From Stylophora pistillata (lineage: Eukaryota): a DNA stretch of 64,000 nt. The notes below the pieces were generated by a model. That model worked only from the letters and a program-made list of their open reading frames with translations, was not told where the DNA came from and did not search any database. This document shows positions 11,215-24,142 of the stretch, in pieces. Position 1 is the stretch's first letter, and each line of letters opens with the position of its first letter. The stretch is taken from positions 251,274 to 315,273 of the forward strand of contig NW_019218038.1 in NCBI RefSeq assembly GCF_002571385.2. The letters are read 5' to 3'. A program made the translations under genes and the position numbers.

Positions 11215-12947
11215 TGTAACAGCATCCAGAAAGATATCTCAAATTCATAGACATACATCGACCAATGTATGTTAACTTTTGTGGAGACGATCAGCCGGCC
11301 CATGTAGAAGCTAGTACTTAGTTCAACTTAAGAGGCTCGTTCTGTTGTATGTGCTTCGATCGCCAATATAGTTACGCCAGTATACTTATACCTCGCGTAC
11401 TCGAGGGACTTTGGTTATTACGATGCCGATGTATTTTTCTGAGCAAACGTGAAACAGCAGTAAAGGCGGAAACGAGTCAATGCTTTAGTGTTACGGAAGG
11501 CTGATAATCATTTTAAAATCTTGCAGGGTCGGGTAAAGCAAAAATATATTTAATATATATAATTTATATAATATAATAATATATAATATATATTAATAAT
11601 ATATAAAAATATGATAATCAATAATAATATAATAATATATTTTTTGTGAACCTTTGACCTGCACGTCTCCAGAACTATTTTGACTGTTGTTCTTCATCTA
11701 CATTATTTCAAGGACTCTTTTCGATTCACCTGCTGCCAGCCTACGCGCATGACTTGAGGAAATCAGCTCCCCAGTTTCATGCAGTTGATTGTAAAGGATT
11801 ATTTGATTTAACTGATTTGAGCGGAACGTGACTGTATGGCAGACTTCTAATGTCATTCCATTTAGCGCTCCCTCCGATAAGTGTCCTCTTGTTTCGCTGA
11901 TACACACATACTTGAGTAATAAACATCTACAACCTAATGTGAGAGTCGAGAGACCCTCTAGAATGTAGGAAAATGACGCTTTGTAAAAATTAACAAGATT
12001 TTCTAATACGCGTTTATTTGATAGCGTTGGCTTGTTTGCTTCGTTTCCGCGTCAAAAAAGAACTCGCTACCCGGTAAATTTCTTATCATTCTAATTTCCT
12101 CCTCTTCTCGATAGAATTCAGACATTTTTGACCACTGGCCCGGAGAACAAAAGCTTTTTCTCTCGCGTACTGATCTTTTCAAAGTTATCGTAGACACTTT
12201 TAAGTATGCACTAAGTGGTGATCATGTCCTATGTCAAAGGACAATCTCACGAAAACTTTTCCACTGCGAGTTTGAAGTGATTAATTTTGAAATCAATTGT
12301 TTTAAAATTTCTAACAATTCAACTTCTCTCAATGTGAATTTTAGCACCTCTCTTGTTTTTATTTATTTTTTAGATGTTACATTTTTTTTATCCGTTGTGT
12401 TTATCTCAACCCTCGGCGATACAAGGAATGTGGATTTTTAATGATTTTACATAAATATCTGTCCTCTATGTATATTCCATGGTGTGCATATGTGATGAAT
12501 TTGGAAAACTGTAAATACTGGCACTTTCTCCCTATATACCCCGCGGAGAGGGAAAGTTTAGTCAAATGGCGATTCTCAGAACCCACAACCAACGTTCGGG
12601 ACTTTTCAAAGTTTGTTTATGCTGATACGTACTGATTAACACTGCCTAAGCATATACAGAAAATTGGTAGAAAAGATTATTAATACAATGCCAATTCATT
12701 AACTTGTCGTTTCGTACACCTTTTATTCAAGGTGTACCAGATGAAAATCTAATGAATACGATCGAACTAAAAGGTTTTCATACAAAAGAGGACCAGCCTC
12801 AGGGTTTTAGTCACTAAGCAACACTTACAAGTAAAATCAATATCGTGCAACGCATTATCAAGATTTCCAGCTGTGAAAAACAGGTGAATAGGCTATTTTC
12901 CAAACGGTCTGTAAAACTTATAATTAAGACTTTCTGGCTGCAGAAAA

Positions 12948-15903
12948 ATGTATCTAAACCGTGTTTTTCTAGCGTTTCTGTGTCTACACCTTCAATTTTT
13001 GGCTTCAAATGGTGGTATGTGTCGTGAAGAGAAATCCCAGCTCGGTTTCGCCCTTCTGAACTCTTCCTACAGCACTAAACAATCACCGCGCTACTCTGAC
13101 TGCGTAGAATCATGCGCGCTTGATCCTCAGTGCATGAGTTTTAATTTCTGGTGGGATAAGAAAATGTGTGATTTGAACGGTAAAGCTAGGGAACATAGTT
13201 GTTTGGCCTGCTTTGTGACCGATAAGTCATCCACTTACATGGGAATGGCGAGGTATCCAGGCTACCCAGGTAAAGTCAAAATTTTGAAAATAGTTAATCA
13301 CAAGATAAAGTATGCAACTCTATCAGAAACCATTGCGTTTCCCTATGTATCGTTAAACTAAACCATGCAGGTATTCTAATAAGCTAGATAAACATCTACG
13401 GTAACAACTTTGCTTTGGATCGGAGCCAACGCTTGACAGAGTCTCATTAGGGTGAAGGCTTTTACGGCTTGCGGTTAAAGTTTTGGCCAATTTACGGCCG
13501 TAACAGTTAACACCTTTCCTTTGGGATCACCAGAAACAATTTTACGGTTAATGTTTTTATAACTAACGGTTCAAAATTGTCAGTTTTTACACGTAACGGC
13601 TAAATCGCTTGGCTGTTTCATAATTACGGCTATCGGATAATCCCATTTGAGACCCAGGTATCAATATATCAGTATCAAGCGGAAAGCAAAACATTAATTT
13701 CAGATGAATAACCTTAAGTTGAAACGTTTTATGAACAAAATGACCCTAGTTGATGGGCAAGGATGGGGGATCTTTTTTATTCGCAAGTTTAATTCCCTGA
13801 AAATGAATCTGTTTTTTTTAGGAAACTTGTTAAAGGTTAAAAATCTCTCAAAGTTGATATCAAGTTCTAAATCGTAAACAGATATTAAAAGTAACTGACA
13901 TCAACTGGGAGATGTCACGTGTGTTGTTAGTTTCTCGGTCTTGGTATTACTATCAAGCTGTTGGTTGGAGCCTTATTTGAAAGGCTGGGATCTGAAATTA
14001 ATTTTTTTTCAATGTTTACCTGTAAAGAGTGATTCTCGGCGTCAATTGCATCGAAATAGCTCAACAGAGTAAACGAATAAACCCTAGCTAATATAACATC
14101 AAGCGATAACTCTTAAAACTAGACTTTTGTATCTGTGCCATCTAGCTCCATTCTAAATGAGTTAATTATTCAGTCATAGTTTGCTGATAAATTTTTTGCA
14201 ATTGTTCGTTAATCCGCGGGCAGTCGGCGCACACCGGCTATCAATAATTCTGCGCCTTTCGTTGCCGAGATCTCGATTGAAAAATGCCTTACATTTCCCT
14301 TTTAACTCAGTTGGGGAAAGAAGACGGTTTGATATCAGTTCAAGATACAACCCTCAACCTGATTGGTTGTAGTCAATGTGGCTGTTTGTTTGATAATGTC
14401 GTAATATGATAGAGAGAAGCTTAATAATAACCACCAATAAGGTCTCTCGGAACAAAAGCTCTCATGGGTGTCACAATACTCATCATGACAAACATTGAAA
14501 AGTGTAATAAACACGATTAGTTTTAGAAGTTGTTGTTCAAACAACGTCTATCACTAACGTGGCTTATTTTACACGGCCAGTGATCTTCCGCAAAAATTAA
14601 ATCATTACAAAATTAAGGGTCGACATTTTGAATATTTGGCGGTGAAAAATATCGTTCCTACATGCGCTACTCAACTTATAAAACACTAAGATGCCTACTG
14701 ATCTTAAATGATTAATGACTCGGGAATCCATAAATTCGTTAAGAGTTTAAACGACGCTTCTTTCAATGATAGATACTGCATTTTATCAGAAAATCCTAAT
14801 CCTGAGTTTCTAGAGTAAACACCACCGGCCAGGTACTTTAACACAGTTTGGCCATTAGCTCTGAGAAACAGTCTTTATAACCATTTCCAATTTAACCTGA
14901 GGTTTTTAACTAACATCCCAAGAGGCTTTATCGCATCATAGAGCCAGAAAAATGCATTCTATTGCTTTTATGACATAAGCAGTTGCATGCGGGCTCCATA
15001 ACCTGCTAAAGCATCCGCTTGAAAACTGAATAGACCAATCAGATGATGCGCACTATAATCATTATGTTAAAAAGATAAATATAAATGTCAAGTAGAAAGA
15101 TGTTTGGAGTTGCATTGTTTCGCTCTTTTCCTTAGATGGATTTGTAGTTGTTTGGATGTTCACCAACAGAATTATGTAGCTTACCAGGTTTTAACGTTGC
15201 AATGAATTTTTTATTCTAATCATCCTCTGATACACGCTAGTAAATTTTAAAATTAATGAAAAATATTCAATCCCCAGCGTTAGCGAGGTCCTGTAGCGCC
15301 TTGAAACAGGTAGACCCCTCAGCACAAACTGGCTTGTACGTGATTGACCCTGATGGCGAAGGAGGCTTCCCGCCTTTACTTAACGTCACCTGTGACATGG
15401 GTGACAAGAATGGAGTTGGCGTGACAGTCGTCAGTCACGACAGTGAAAGCAGAATGCTAGTGAAAGGATGTAATGGCCCAGGATGTCATTCGCGTGACAT
15501 TCAATACATAGGAGCGAGTCTGTCCCAGCTGGTGAGTCTAACTAGAGTCTCCTTACATTGTGAACAGTTTATCAAGTACGAGTGCCAATATTCGTCCATC
15601 GTATGGGAAAACAGAACATTCGCATGGTGGGTATCACGCGATGACATCAAGATGAATTACTGGGGAGGAGCCTCGCCTGGAAGAGGAGACCAAATCTGCG
15701 CATGCGGAATGAACAACACGTGTTCAAAACCCAACACTGTTTGTAACTGTGACAAAAATGACGGTGTTTTACGAGAAGACAGCGGACTCCTCACAGACAA
15801 GACAAGTCTTCCGGTTAAACAGCTGAGGTTTGGGGATACTGGAGAGGAAAACGAGAGAGGCTTCCATACATTAGGAAAGTTTAAGTGCTATGGCATGACT
15901 TAG
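12948..15903 (+). CDS. Two-exon secreted protein: signal peptide + PAN/apple + Caspr-type fibrinogen-like domain (exons 12948-13269 and 15278-15903, ~315 aa)
   Basis: Hydrophobic N-terminus; PAN pattern CVESCALDPQCMSFNF...CDLN; CCAG|GTAAAG donor and CCCCAG acceptor, both phase 1; YVIDPDG, VSHDSE, CEQFIKYEC, WWVSRD, YWGGA, CNCDKND, EDSG, LRFGD, GKFKCYG*. Confidence 0.85.
13438..13655. mobile_element. MITE-like element in the intron with TACGG(T/C)TA subrepeats
   Basis: Imperfect terminal IR GTCTCATTAGGG / CCCATTTGAGAC and internal repeated ACGG motifs. Confidence 0.45.
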
Positions 15904-17415
15904 ACGCTTTCTAATTTAATCTACACGATAATCAGTTCTGATATATGGTAGACTCGAATTCCGCGCAATCGCGCAAATACTATGCAGTTTAATTTACCCT
16001 GCACCGCACTACCAAAAAGGGTCTCCACAGTCCATAAATTGTCGTTTAATGTTGTAACGTACATCAAGTATGTACACCGGTACATACTTGAAAGTTTAAC
16101 TAAAAAGTCAAATGTGCTAGTATAAGGTACTACTATAAGTCCGGCTAAAAATTCAAATTATAAAGAAAGTCATGAACAAAAATGATTGAAAACCGTGGCG
16201 CTACAGGTCGTTATTAAAACGATAGAGTCACTGTTCACGGACATAAATATATGTTGGGCCTAACTCAGAGTCTTTATTTTAGCCCGAGGCACTTGATGAG
16301 GCCTAGGGTCAAAATGACTCTGGGAGGGCCAAACATATTCACACCCAAGAATATACATTATTACTGTTATTAACACTTTGGAGGGAATTTGTTAGAATCA
16401 GTAAAAAACTGAAGAATTTTTAAAAAATAATATTCAAGCGAGCGTTTAAGCGGGCTAAACAACCTTTTTTTATCCTGCTAATGTATCAATTTTAGCCAGC
16501 AAAATGCGCCACAGTGCGCGACGAAGTGACCATATATAATGAGTTCTCATGGAACTTGATGCAAACTCGGAACATGCACTTAAGTGAGCGATGAGTTGAA
16601 GTGGGATGTTGGAACCAACTCATGTAATGACTTTGCAGTAAATGAGCTTGTTCAACGCGGAAATCATTAATTATTAATCATTAATTTCTTTGAGACTCTT
16701 TCAAATATCTAATAGGCCTCAATATAAATATAGAGTAATTTTATAGATACAGTCCACTCACCACCATTCACGTTATATAATTAATTTGATAACTGGAATG
16801 CTAGAGGAATTTTTATTTCAGCATGGTTTAAATTTGTACATGGACAAAGGAAAGTAGTGGAGGTCTAACTCAAGTGTTTATTTCTTCGCTCTTTTTTGTC
16901 AAGCCTGTTTATCTTGGATTTTGATCATTACAATAATGTTTCACTTCTGATTCAACTTGAACAGATTTCCCGTCACGTAATGACCGCTGTATTGAGCATC
17001 ATTTACGACCGTTGAAATATTACATGCATTAGAAGAAGTTAGCTATAATCAATGTAACAATTAGCGTTTCAGTAATAACCCTTGTTTTAAAAGTGTGCAA
17101 TCATGATCAAGAAGTTCTTTACTGTAATCATTAAATAAATAAGTCTTAAAATATTATTTATCGAAGTGATTAATTAATAACAAATTTATTGCAAGCAGGC
17201 CGCAGTCAGTTGAATATCATGTACGAGATTAAATCAAATCTCAATGTCTTCATAAAATGTTTCCTTTGTTGCTTTCTGAAAATAAGCGCAAATAAAGATT
17301 TTGGAGGGTGTTCGTGTCGTTTCCTCTTCTCTCATTGATTAAGTCTCATTGATTCAAAAGAAGAAAACGTTAACCCCCCTTCGGTTCCTTAAATGTCAAA
17401 CTGAGTTCTTTTAAT

Positions 17416-18990
17416 TTATACGACTATCTCCTCTTCTGGTGATTGTGATAAGTAGACGAGCACGACACTGGGTCTGCGTACTTCACTTGTCGCCGCTAGC
17501 GGTACCGGTGTTTCGGTTTTATTGTTCTCATTTCCTTCCTGATTGTCTTCAGTAGTTTCTTGTATTGGGGAAGGAGGACGGTTTGACGTAAGCGAAAGCC
17601 GCCGAGACGTGCTTTCTGGAGCAGCTAAAGATAATACAGGACGAGCAAATGGTAAATGTGCTGTAGGATATGACGGTGAAACAGGCTGTCGTGTTGGACT
17701 TGATGGGGGGCCCCGTGCAAGGGGCGAAAGTGATGTCGAATTCGATAAATGGGGGGATACATGGTAATTTGGAGGTGGTAGTGATCTGTGGTGTGGCTGA
17801 TGGTAGGGTGCCATTGATGTGATCGCCGTAGCTTGTATTGCAGGAGGTGAAACTCGCCTGGCACGTGATGGAACAGGATAAATGGCGTTTTCTGATAAAA
17901 TTCTGCCAGTGGCTGGTAGAGATAATTGTTGACGTGGTTGGCTCGTCGCTACTTCATAACGTCTTATATTTTCAACGGGAAATTGCATTGCAACAGGGCG
18001 ACCAACCACCAGTCTCGGTACGTTAAGGTTCATGTTGTTGGTATCTCCCCCCGCTGATATCCCACCTGATGGGGATGGGGGACGAGACTGGTAAGCAGGG
18101 GGGCTCAGACATTGGCTGTCCTCTGACGCCGTCGATTCACGTCGGTTCCTTCTACCAAATACTCTGTCGTAAGCAGGTGGCGGGGTACCTCCGGGTAAAC
18201 TTGCTGATGGCCTATATGACTGGATTATCTGTCGTTGATATGGTGGAAGCATGGGAACTGAGTGCCGATCATGTTGACGAGGAGGAGCACGATTGGGGTC
18301 GAGTATAGTTCGTGGGAGTTCGGCTTCACTTCGTTGACGTTCGGGAGGATGAGTTGCATGTGATCTCCCAACAAGAGCAAGTTGGCGGTCGATGTATTCT
18401 CGCGTCATTCTAGACGAACTTAGAACCGAAGTTACTGGCGTTTCCAAGGCTTGATCGATAACTCGCCGTTCATCGTTGTAATGTCGCTCGCCGTCGCAAC
18501 GTCGTTCGCGATATATAATACGTTGAGGATTAATCCTTTCGCCTGAACTATTAGTAGATCGACTGAACGTTGCAGAATTATTTGTAGAGATCGTTGAACT
18601 AACTCCTCTTGAAAAAATCTCTGACGAGGCAAAGGCTAAAAACTCTTCTCGGCTAGGTCTGCATTGTTGCGGATCCCTTCTCGATTTCGAACGGTAGAAC
18701 TTGAAGTAAACTACACCCGACCACAAAAGCACAAAAATAAGCAATACTCCGAACCCAATTAGAGCGCCAGCACTCATCTGATCAGTGTCGCTTTTAGAGT
18801 TTTGAAAGTGTACAACAGCTATGATAATTATAGCAGTTACACACAAAATCATCAGCCAGCACACGATACAAACCCAGAAGATCTTTCTCCTTCGCATTGA
18901 GGCTAGTTCAGTAGAGTTTCGCCTGTCTGACAGTTCATTCCGTGCTTGAATTGAAGGCCCATCCTGGCCAGAAGATTGTCCAGTGCTCAT
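17416..18990 (-). CDS. Intronless two-TM protein with a long Pro/Ser/Arg-rich tail and PY motifs (524 aa)
   Basis: TM1 about aa 37-62, TM2 about aa 76-99; LPPY, PPAY twice, PPNY; 1.57-kb open frame; AGAAATG start context. Confidence 0.85.
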   Translation of the reverse strand: MSTGQSSGQDGPSIQARNELSDRRNSTELASMRRRKIFWVCIVCWLMILCVTAIIIIAVVHFQNSKSDTDQMSAGALIGFGVLLIFVLLWSGVVYFKFYRSKSRRDPQQCRPSREEFLAFASSEIFSRGVSSTISTNNSATFSRSTNSSGERINPQRIIYRERRCDGERHYNDERRVIDQALETPVTSVLSSSRMTREYIDRQLALVGRSHATHPPERQRSEAELPRTILDPNRAPPRQHDRHSVPMLPPYQRQIIQSYRPSASLPGGTPPPAYDRVFGRRNRRESTASEDSQCLSPPAYQSRPPSPSGGISAGGDTNNMNLNVPRLVVGRPVAMQFPVENIRRYEVATSQPRQQLSLPATGRILSENAIYPVPSRARRVSPPAIQATAITSMAPYHQPHHRSLPPPNYHVSPHLSNSTSLSPLARGPPSSPTRQPVSPSYPTAHLPFARPVLSLAAPESTSRRLSLTSNRPPSPIQETTEDNQEGNENNKTETPVPLAATSEVRRPSVVLVYLSQSPEEEIVV

Positions 18991-21865
18991 TTCTATCTTG
19001 AATCGCTAATCGTGTTTCACCCAGACTTGATCAACCGACTAAAAAGCTGTTTTTGCTCTCACTGAGGCTACGCGACCATTAATGCCGAAACAATGTCGGC
19101 AATTGTTTCTAGTTTGAAAGAACAACAGCTCCACCAATATTGCCCTCCTGTGAAAAACCAACTCACAAAACATCATTCTTGTGGCCAGCCCTTTTCTCGA
19201 TCATGTCCGGTGACGTGACAAGTAATTGAGCCCGCTATATATTGCAGTTTGCGTGCAACTTTATGGAGTCTCGAAAAACCTGGATTCATTCAACGATTTA
19301 CAGCCGACGTCATTTTATATGTTTGTGTTTTCTGATGTGACTGTTTAGCCTGTGTGAAAGAGCTTAACAGTCTAAAGAAATATTTCAAAATAAGCTGAGA
19401 CAAGAATCATTGTACCGAAATATTGGATCTGTGGTTAAGTTCAAGCCTCGGTGCTCCTGCAGTAAATTTTTAAATTCCTTTTGTTCCTTGACTAATCTAA
19501 TTCAATATCGTACCATTAAATTTATTGCTGTCTTTTCTAAAGATGGTTTCATCGTAAAATAGCACTCATCACGAAACGTATAGGTAGATGAAAAGAGAAA
19601 CTGGTCTAGAGCTTAGAGCTGTTCTTGATTACGATCTAAAATATGTCAAGACTTTAGTTTTTATCTGATTCAAAATATTGACAAATATTATATTGTTCTT
19701 GGGGGAAAAGAAGTTTTACTCGGTTAGTTTGCGTGTCTGGAATTATAACAACTTCCCGTGGTCCACTATGTGCAAGGCATCACCTTTATTCTCGTTACAA
19801 AAATGTGAATAATGAAAATTTTTCTTAAAGTAATTGATATAAAGAGAATGAAAAGGCAATTTAGCGAAAATTAAGAGCACTCAAAAGATCGAAGGGCACA
19901 GTTTTTCTAATGTATTTCAACACGTCAGTATTATCGTATATTCCGTTTTGAGGTTTGTTTTTTTATAAATGTTGGTTTAGCTGTTTCCTTGTCTTTCTTT
20001 TAAAACATTTCCTCTAGATTACAGCTTCTATACTGTTTTTGTCCAGTCGGACACGCCGTCAGTCACATGAAAGAGAACTTGTCAATCACTCGTATTGTAA
20101 AATGTCTAGTCGTCTTTTTATTCATGAACATAAAATAATTTATTCCGAAATTCCTTGGAAACTGATAAAATATCCTGGTTAGATTAATAGTAGTTAAAAG
20201 GTTTTCTTTCTGAAAACAGAAGACAATTAGTCTCATCTCAAAAGTGTAGAGATAAAAAGAAACCATAAGTAAATTACCTCAATAATTGGTTATCATTAAG
20301 ATTAGACATGTGTGTCTTTCTTGCGTCTAGTTAACAAGTTGCCTTAGTCTGATAGCTATAGTGGACAGCTTGTTCTCAGCCTTGCTCGAAAGCTGACAAG
20401 GGCGCTTGCATTGGTGAAAGACGCAAATGGAAAGAAAACATGAAGGGAAAAAACGTCCAATTTTTGTATCAGTCCTCTTCGCTATCATGGAGAGATAAAA
20501 AGTACTTTTCAGCCCAGAAGAAGTTCAACAGGATAGCATGACTCCTTGACTAGATTTTTTTTCCAAAGAAAAAACACACTGGTGCCTAATTGATCGATAA
20601 TGTCTAAGCACCATGTAATGATGATTTGGTTCAAGTGAGTGTGGACTTGTCCTCAGTAACGTCACTCACGACATCATCTCTACCGTTGTTTTGTCTCAAG
20701 TCCAAGAAAAATCTCAAGCTTGCGGTTTCAGTTTTAGATCGGTCCAAGATTCCTACTTTCTAATTGTAGTGTTTAAAGATGATGAGACAAATAAGAGCAC
20801 AGTTGATATTTCAAGAGAATTTTTGCATCATTTTGATGCTTGACCCTAGTTCCAACCTCAAGCAAAATTTCCTATCTACACTGAGAAATTTGCTGATAAA
20901 TAAAGAGTCGAGGATGTAGATTTTGCACACTACGGTACTTATAAACTGAATTTTGACCCCATAAATGACAGAATTCCCATTAAGGATAATCAGTAGCGAT
21001 GATGAGTCTAAATGGCGTACAATACGAAAGTAAAACTTTCTTTTGTGACTCCCGGGCTCCTTTGAGGTTTGAATCGTTAACAGGTTTTAATCTGGATTGT
21101 CTGGAATTCTTTACATTTCCTTTTTTCATTTGCGTGGGACTCAAAAACGTTCTAGACTATGTCTGTGTCTCTTTAGTATTGCCGTCTGGCGACAGAGTGA
21201 TATTGATTGTAGATTTTAAAATTGCGCGTTTCTAACACCGAAAACAATCATGATACTTGACAATGAGATATTTTTAGCCTCACAGAAACTGACAATGGAC
21301 GGAAGAGGGTCAAACTGAAAGGGCAGCGCGCGACAAACTGATTCTAGCCGCTCCTCCATTCCCTTCACATCCCCGCCCTTTTTATAGTAAACATAAAATC
21401 AATAATAAATTGGAAGGACCACACTTTTGTTATGAAGCTTTCTTCAGTTAGGAACTAAAAATAACGAATTACTCTCTCTCTCTCTCTCTCTCTTCTCCCC
21501 CCCCCCTACTCTCCCCTTCCCGTCGTTCTATCAACTCCTCCCTTCCCCTCCCCCCCAACATTCCGTCTAGACCTCGCTGAGCAATTAGCACGTAAGATTT
21601 TAGAATTACGCCTGATTACTGTTATTCTTCTTAAATTTCAAGTTCTTTATAAGCGAAAGTTAACAGAGACACAAAGAAGCATTAATCTTTCATCTGCCGG
21701 CCGCCTTACCATTAGTTTATTTCTTAAGGGCAAACTAGAATGTCGGAAAACATGGAAAATGATGTTGCTTTGATGAAGTGAGTGTTATCACCTTAAGCTG
21801 GCCACTGGTCTAAGTTTTAACCCATGGATGGTCTTGGTGATTGAATACTTGAATTGGTTGTTATC

Positions 21866-21870
<5 letters not shown>

Positions 21871-21924
<54 letters not shown>
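21871..21924 (+). repeat. (TAA)n microsatellite
   Basis: About 18 perfect units. Confidence 0.95.
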
Positions 21925-21926
<2 letters not shown>

Positions 21927-22987
21927 GACAAGTGAATTAGGAACACGTTATAAAAGTTTCGAGATTAACTTGACTAGTGACAGTTGTGGGAGAAGATCTT
22001 TCCAGGCTTAACATCCTTCGTTGCTAGTATACTCGGTGGTATTGTTCTAGGTGACAAATTACTCACAACAGATTCAACATAGGCGAGGCGGAACGCAACT
22101 TTGTTTTTGCGGTTTCAAAAGTCGGCTTATTTCCGTCACATGTGCGAAGGGGCCGCTAGCCGGTCCTTGAGTTGAAAAGCCGTAAGCTATTTGAAGCAAT
22201 CCACCGTGCCTTCATCTCCAGATTTTTGACAGGGAAATGGGAACTATAACTAAATGATAAACTGACAGAGTCATTTCAAAAAGGCCCTCTGACCTTTTGA
22301 TACCGAGAAACAAACGATTGGAAACATTTGAGACAAGATTTGATAGTGTGAAATATTGAGCAATATCACCCTGTGTACCAACTAAGAAATGAATTCAATT
22401 AGAAAAATGAAGAACCTTCAAATGACCTCATTTTAATCTTAAAAGCCGATTCTGCCCCTTAGCGAAGTGTGCAGGAAAAAACAAAGAACTTGAGAGGAGA
22501 ATTGGTAGGGATTTTGCTTCTCTATCATGCTCAGTCACATGATATCATTAGAATATGAGGAGGACTGGTAAAGAGATCACCCTGCCAAAAAGACTATGAA
22601 ATCGAAGTGAACTCTGTTCAGTGGCTCTTTTTTTTTTTTTTTTAAGCAAGCAGCATTTATTTGTCCATGGTTCACTTTTGAGGTGGAGGAAAATCTAGAT
22701 GGGGCACAGCTGGAGGCAGCCTTCCATTAAGAATTCTAGAATAAAACTTAAAGGGTAAATGATCAGGTATATATGAGAATACTGAGAAACACTTATCTGT
22801 TATAGTCATAATTGCTGAATCTAAACTTTGGTGAGATTATTCATTTATTCCATTACCTCTGAAAAAAAGTAGAAAAATACATATAACCAAATGTCAACAA
22901 ATGCACAAAAAATTCAAGCTCAAAGGTTGAGTCAAAAAAGTGCCTACAGCACAAAGCTAAGGATACACCTGGTATCTAGTACATATT

Positions 22988-23355
22988 ATTATATATTAGA
23001 CTTATGAAAACTCTGATTGGTCGAGAGCATACAGTCAATATGCAATAGTGTTTGAAGTTGACATGATAACCCAACATGTGCAGATGGGTGTCCATGTCGA
23101 GTTCAAAGTCTGCCTAGTTTCCAAGCCCCCAGTCCATTTAGTGTTCTTAAACTTTCGCAAACTCAGCAAGAAGTGTCTTCTTTTGCTGATTGTTTACAAA
23201 ATGTGAAATAAAACAATTATTTAATTTTGTTTTTGCACGATGTCATGAATTATTAAACCTTGTGTCTGTTTTATCTTCTTCAGCCTTTGGCCTTGCAGAT
23301 AACCCAGACCTCTGCATTTATAATCCATGATATCATGCTCAACCTAGTAACTACT
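22988..23355. mobile_element. Degenerate Crypton-like arm + hairpin element
   Basis: CTCTGATTGG near one end followed by an imperfect hairpin (CATGAATTAT...ATAATCCATG); same layout as the 31215 and 56490 elements. Confidence 0.45.
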
Positions 23356-24142
23356 TAATACTAACCTGCCATTGTGTCTGTTTTGTTCAGACATGATTTT
23401 TCCTTAATAAGGAAATGCCCAATCTTTAACGCAGTTTTCCTAGTACTAAATAAATAAATACATATATATATATATATATATAAATTTTAAAAATTTGCGA
23501 GGATGGACAACTTCTGACGTAAAACGTCTTTGCTCAGAAGAAAATCTTGGTTATTTAATCAATCAACCAAGCTTTCTCTGAACATTTTACATAATTAAAA
23601 TGAGCCACAAGACTCAGCCCTATGGTTATGTTGGTAACAAATATATAAACATCCTAACCTTTACAATGAAATACCCTATTCAAAATACGACCTTATCTAA
23701 ATATCTTTGTTACAATTGCCACTTAACAAAGTAGATATCAATTATGTCACATGTTTAACAGGAAGTCTTCCTTATGAATTTTCCACAAATTGTTTCATAA
23801 TTATCTTTGTCTTGTTGAGGTTGTTTCAAGGCCAATACTCAGTCTGCACTGCTTAATCTGACTGGCATGGAATGGCCCACAAAAGTATTTAAATCAGTTG
23901 AAAAGTTAACTGACAGCAAAACTCAGACATGTTTATGTCCTAAAGGATTGGTTTAAAAAAATCATAATCTAAGTAAAATTCCATTATGTAATATTATGCT
24001 GACAATTTAAGATTACAGTTGAGATTTGTTACCTGAAAGTAAAGTACCCAGAGCAATTAGTTCCCTGATCCTTTCTTCCATTAATTGTAATTTCTAGGGG
24101 AAAAAAACTAAGAAAACTACCCCACACTTTCAAGATGTGATT

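Noticed and set aside
15256-15903. Calling this a true CNTNAP/neurexin-IV ortholog
   Set aside because: Only the fibrinogen-like module is shared; no discoidin, LamG, EGF or TM exons are seen.
17543-18632. Short ORFs overlapping the 524-aa gene (likewise those over 33360, 42603, 48158, 61577)
   Set aside because: Alternative-frame or antisense shadows of GC-richer coding sequence.
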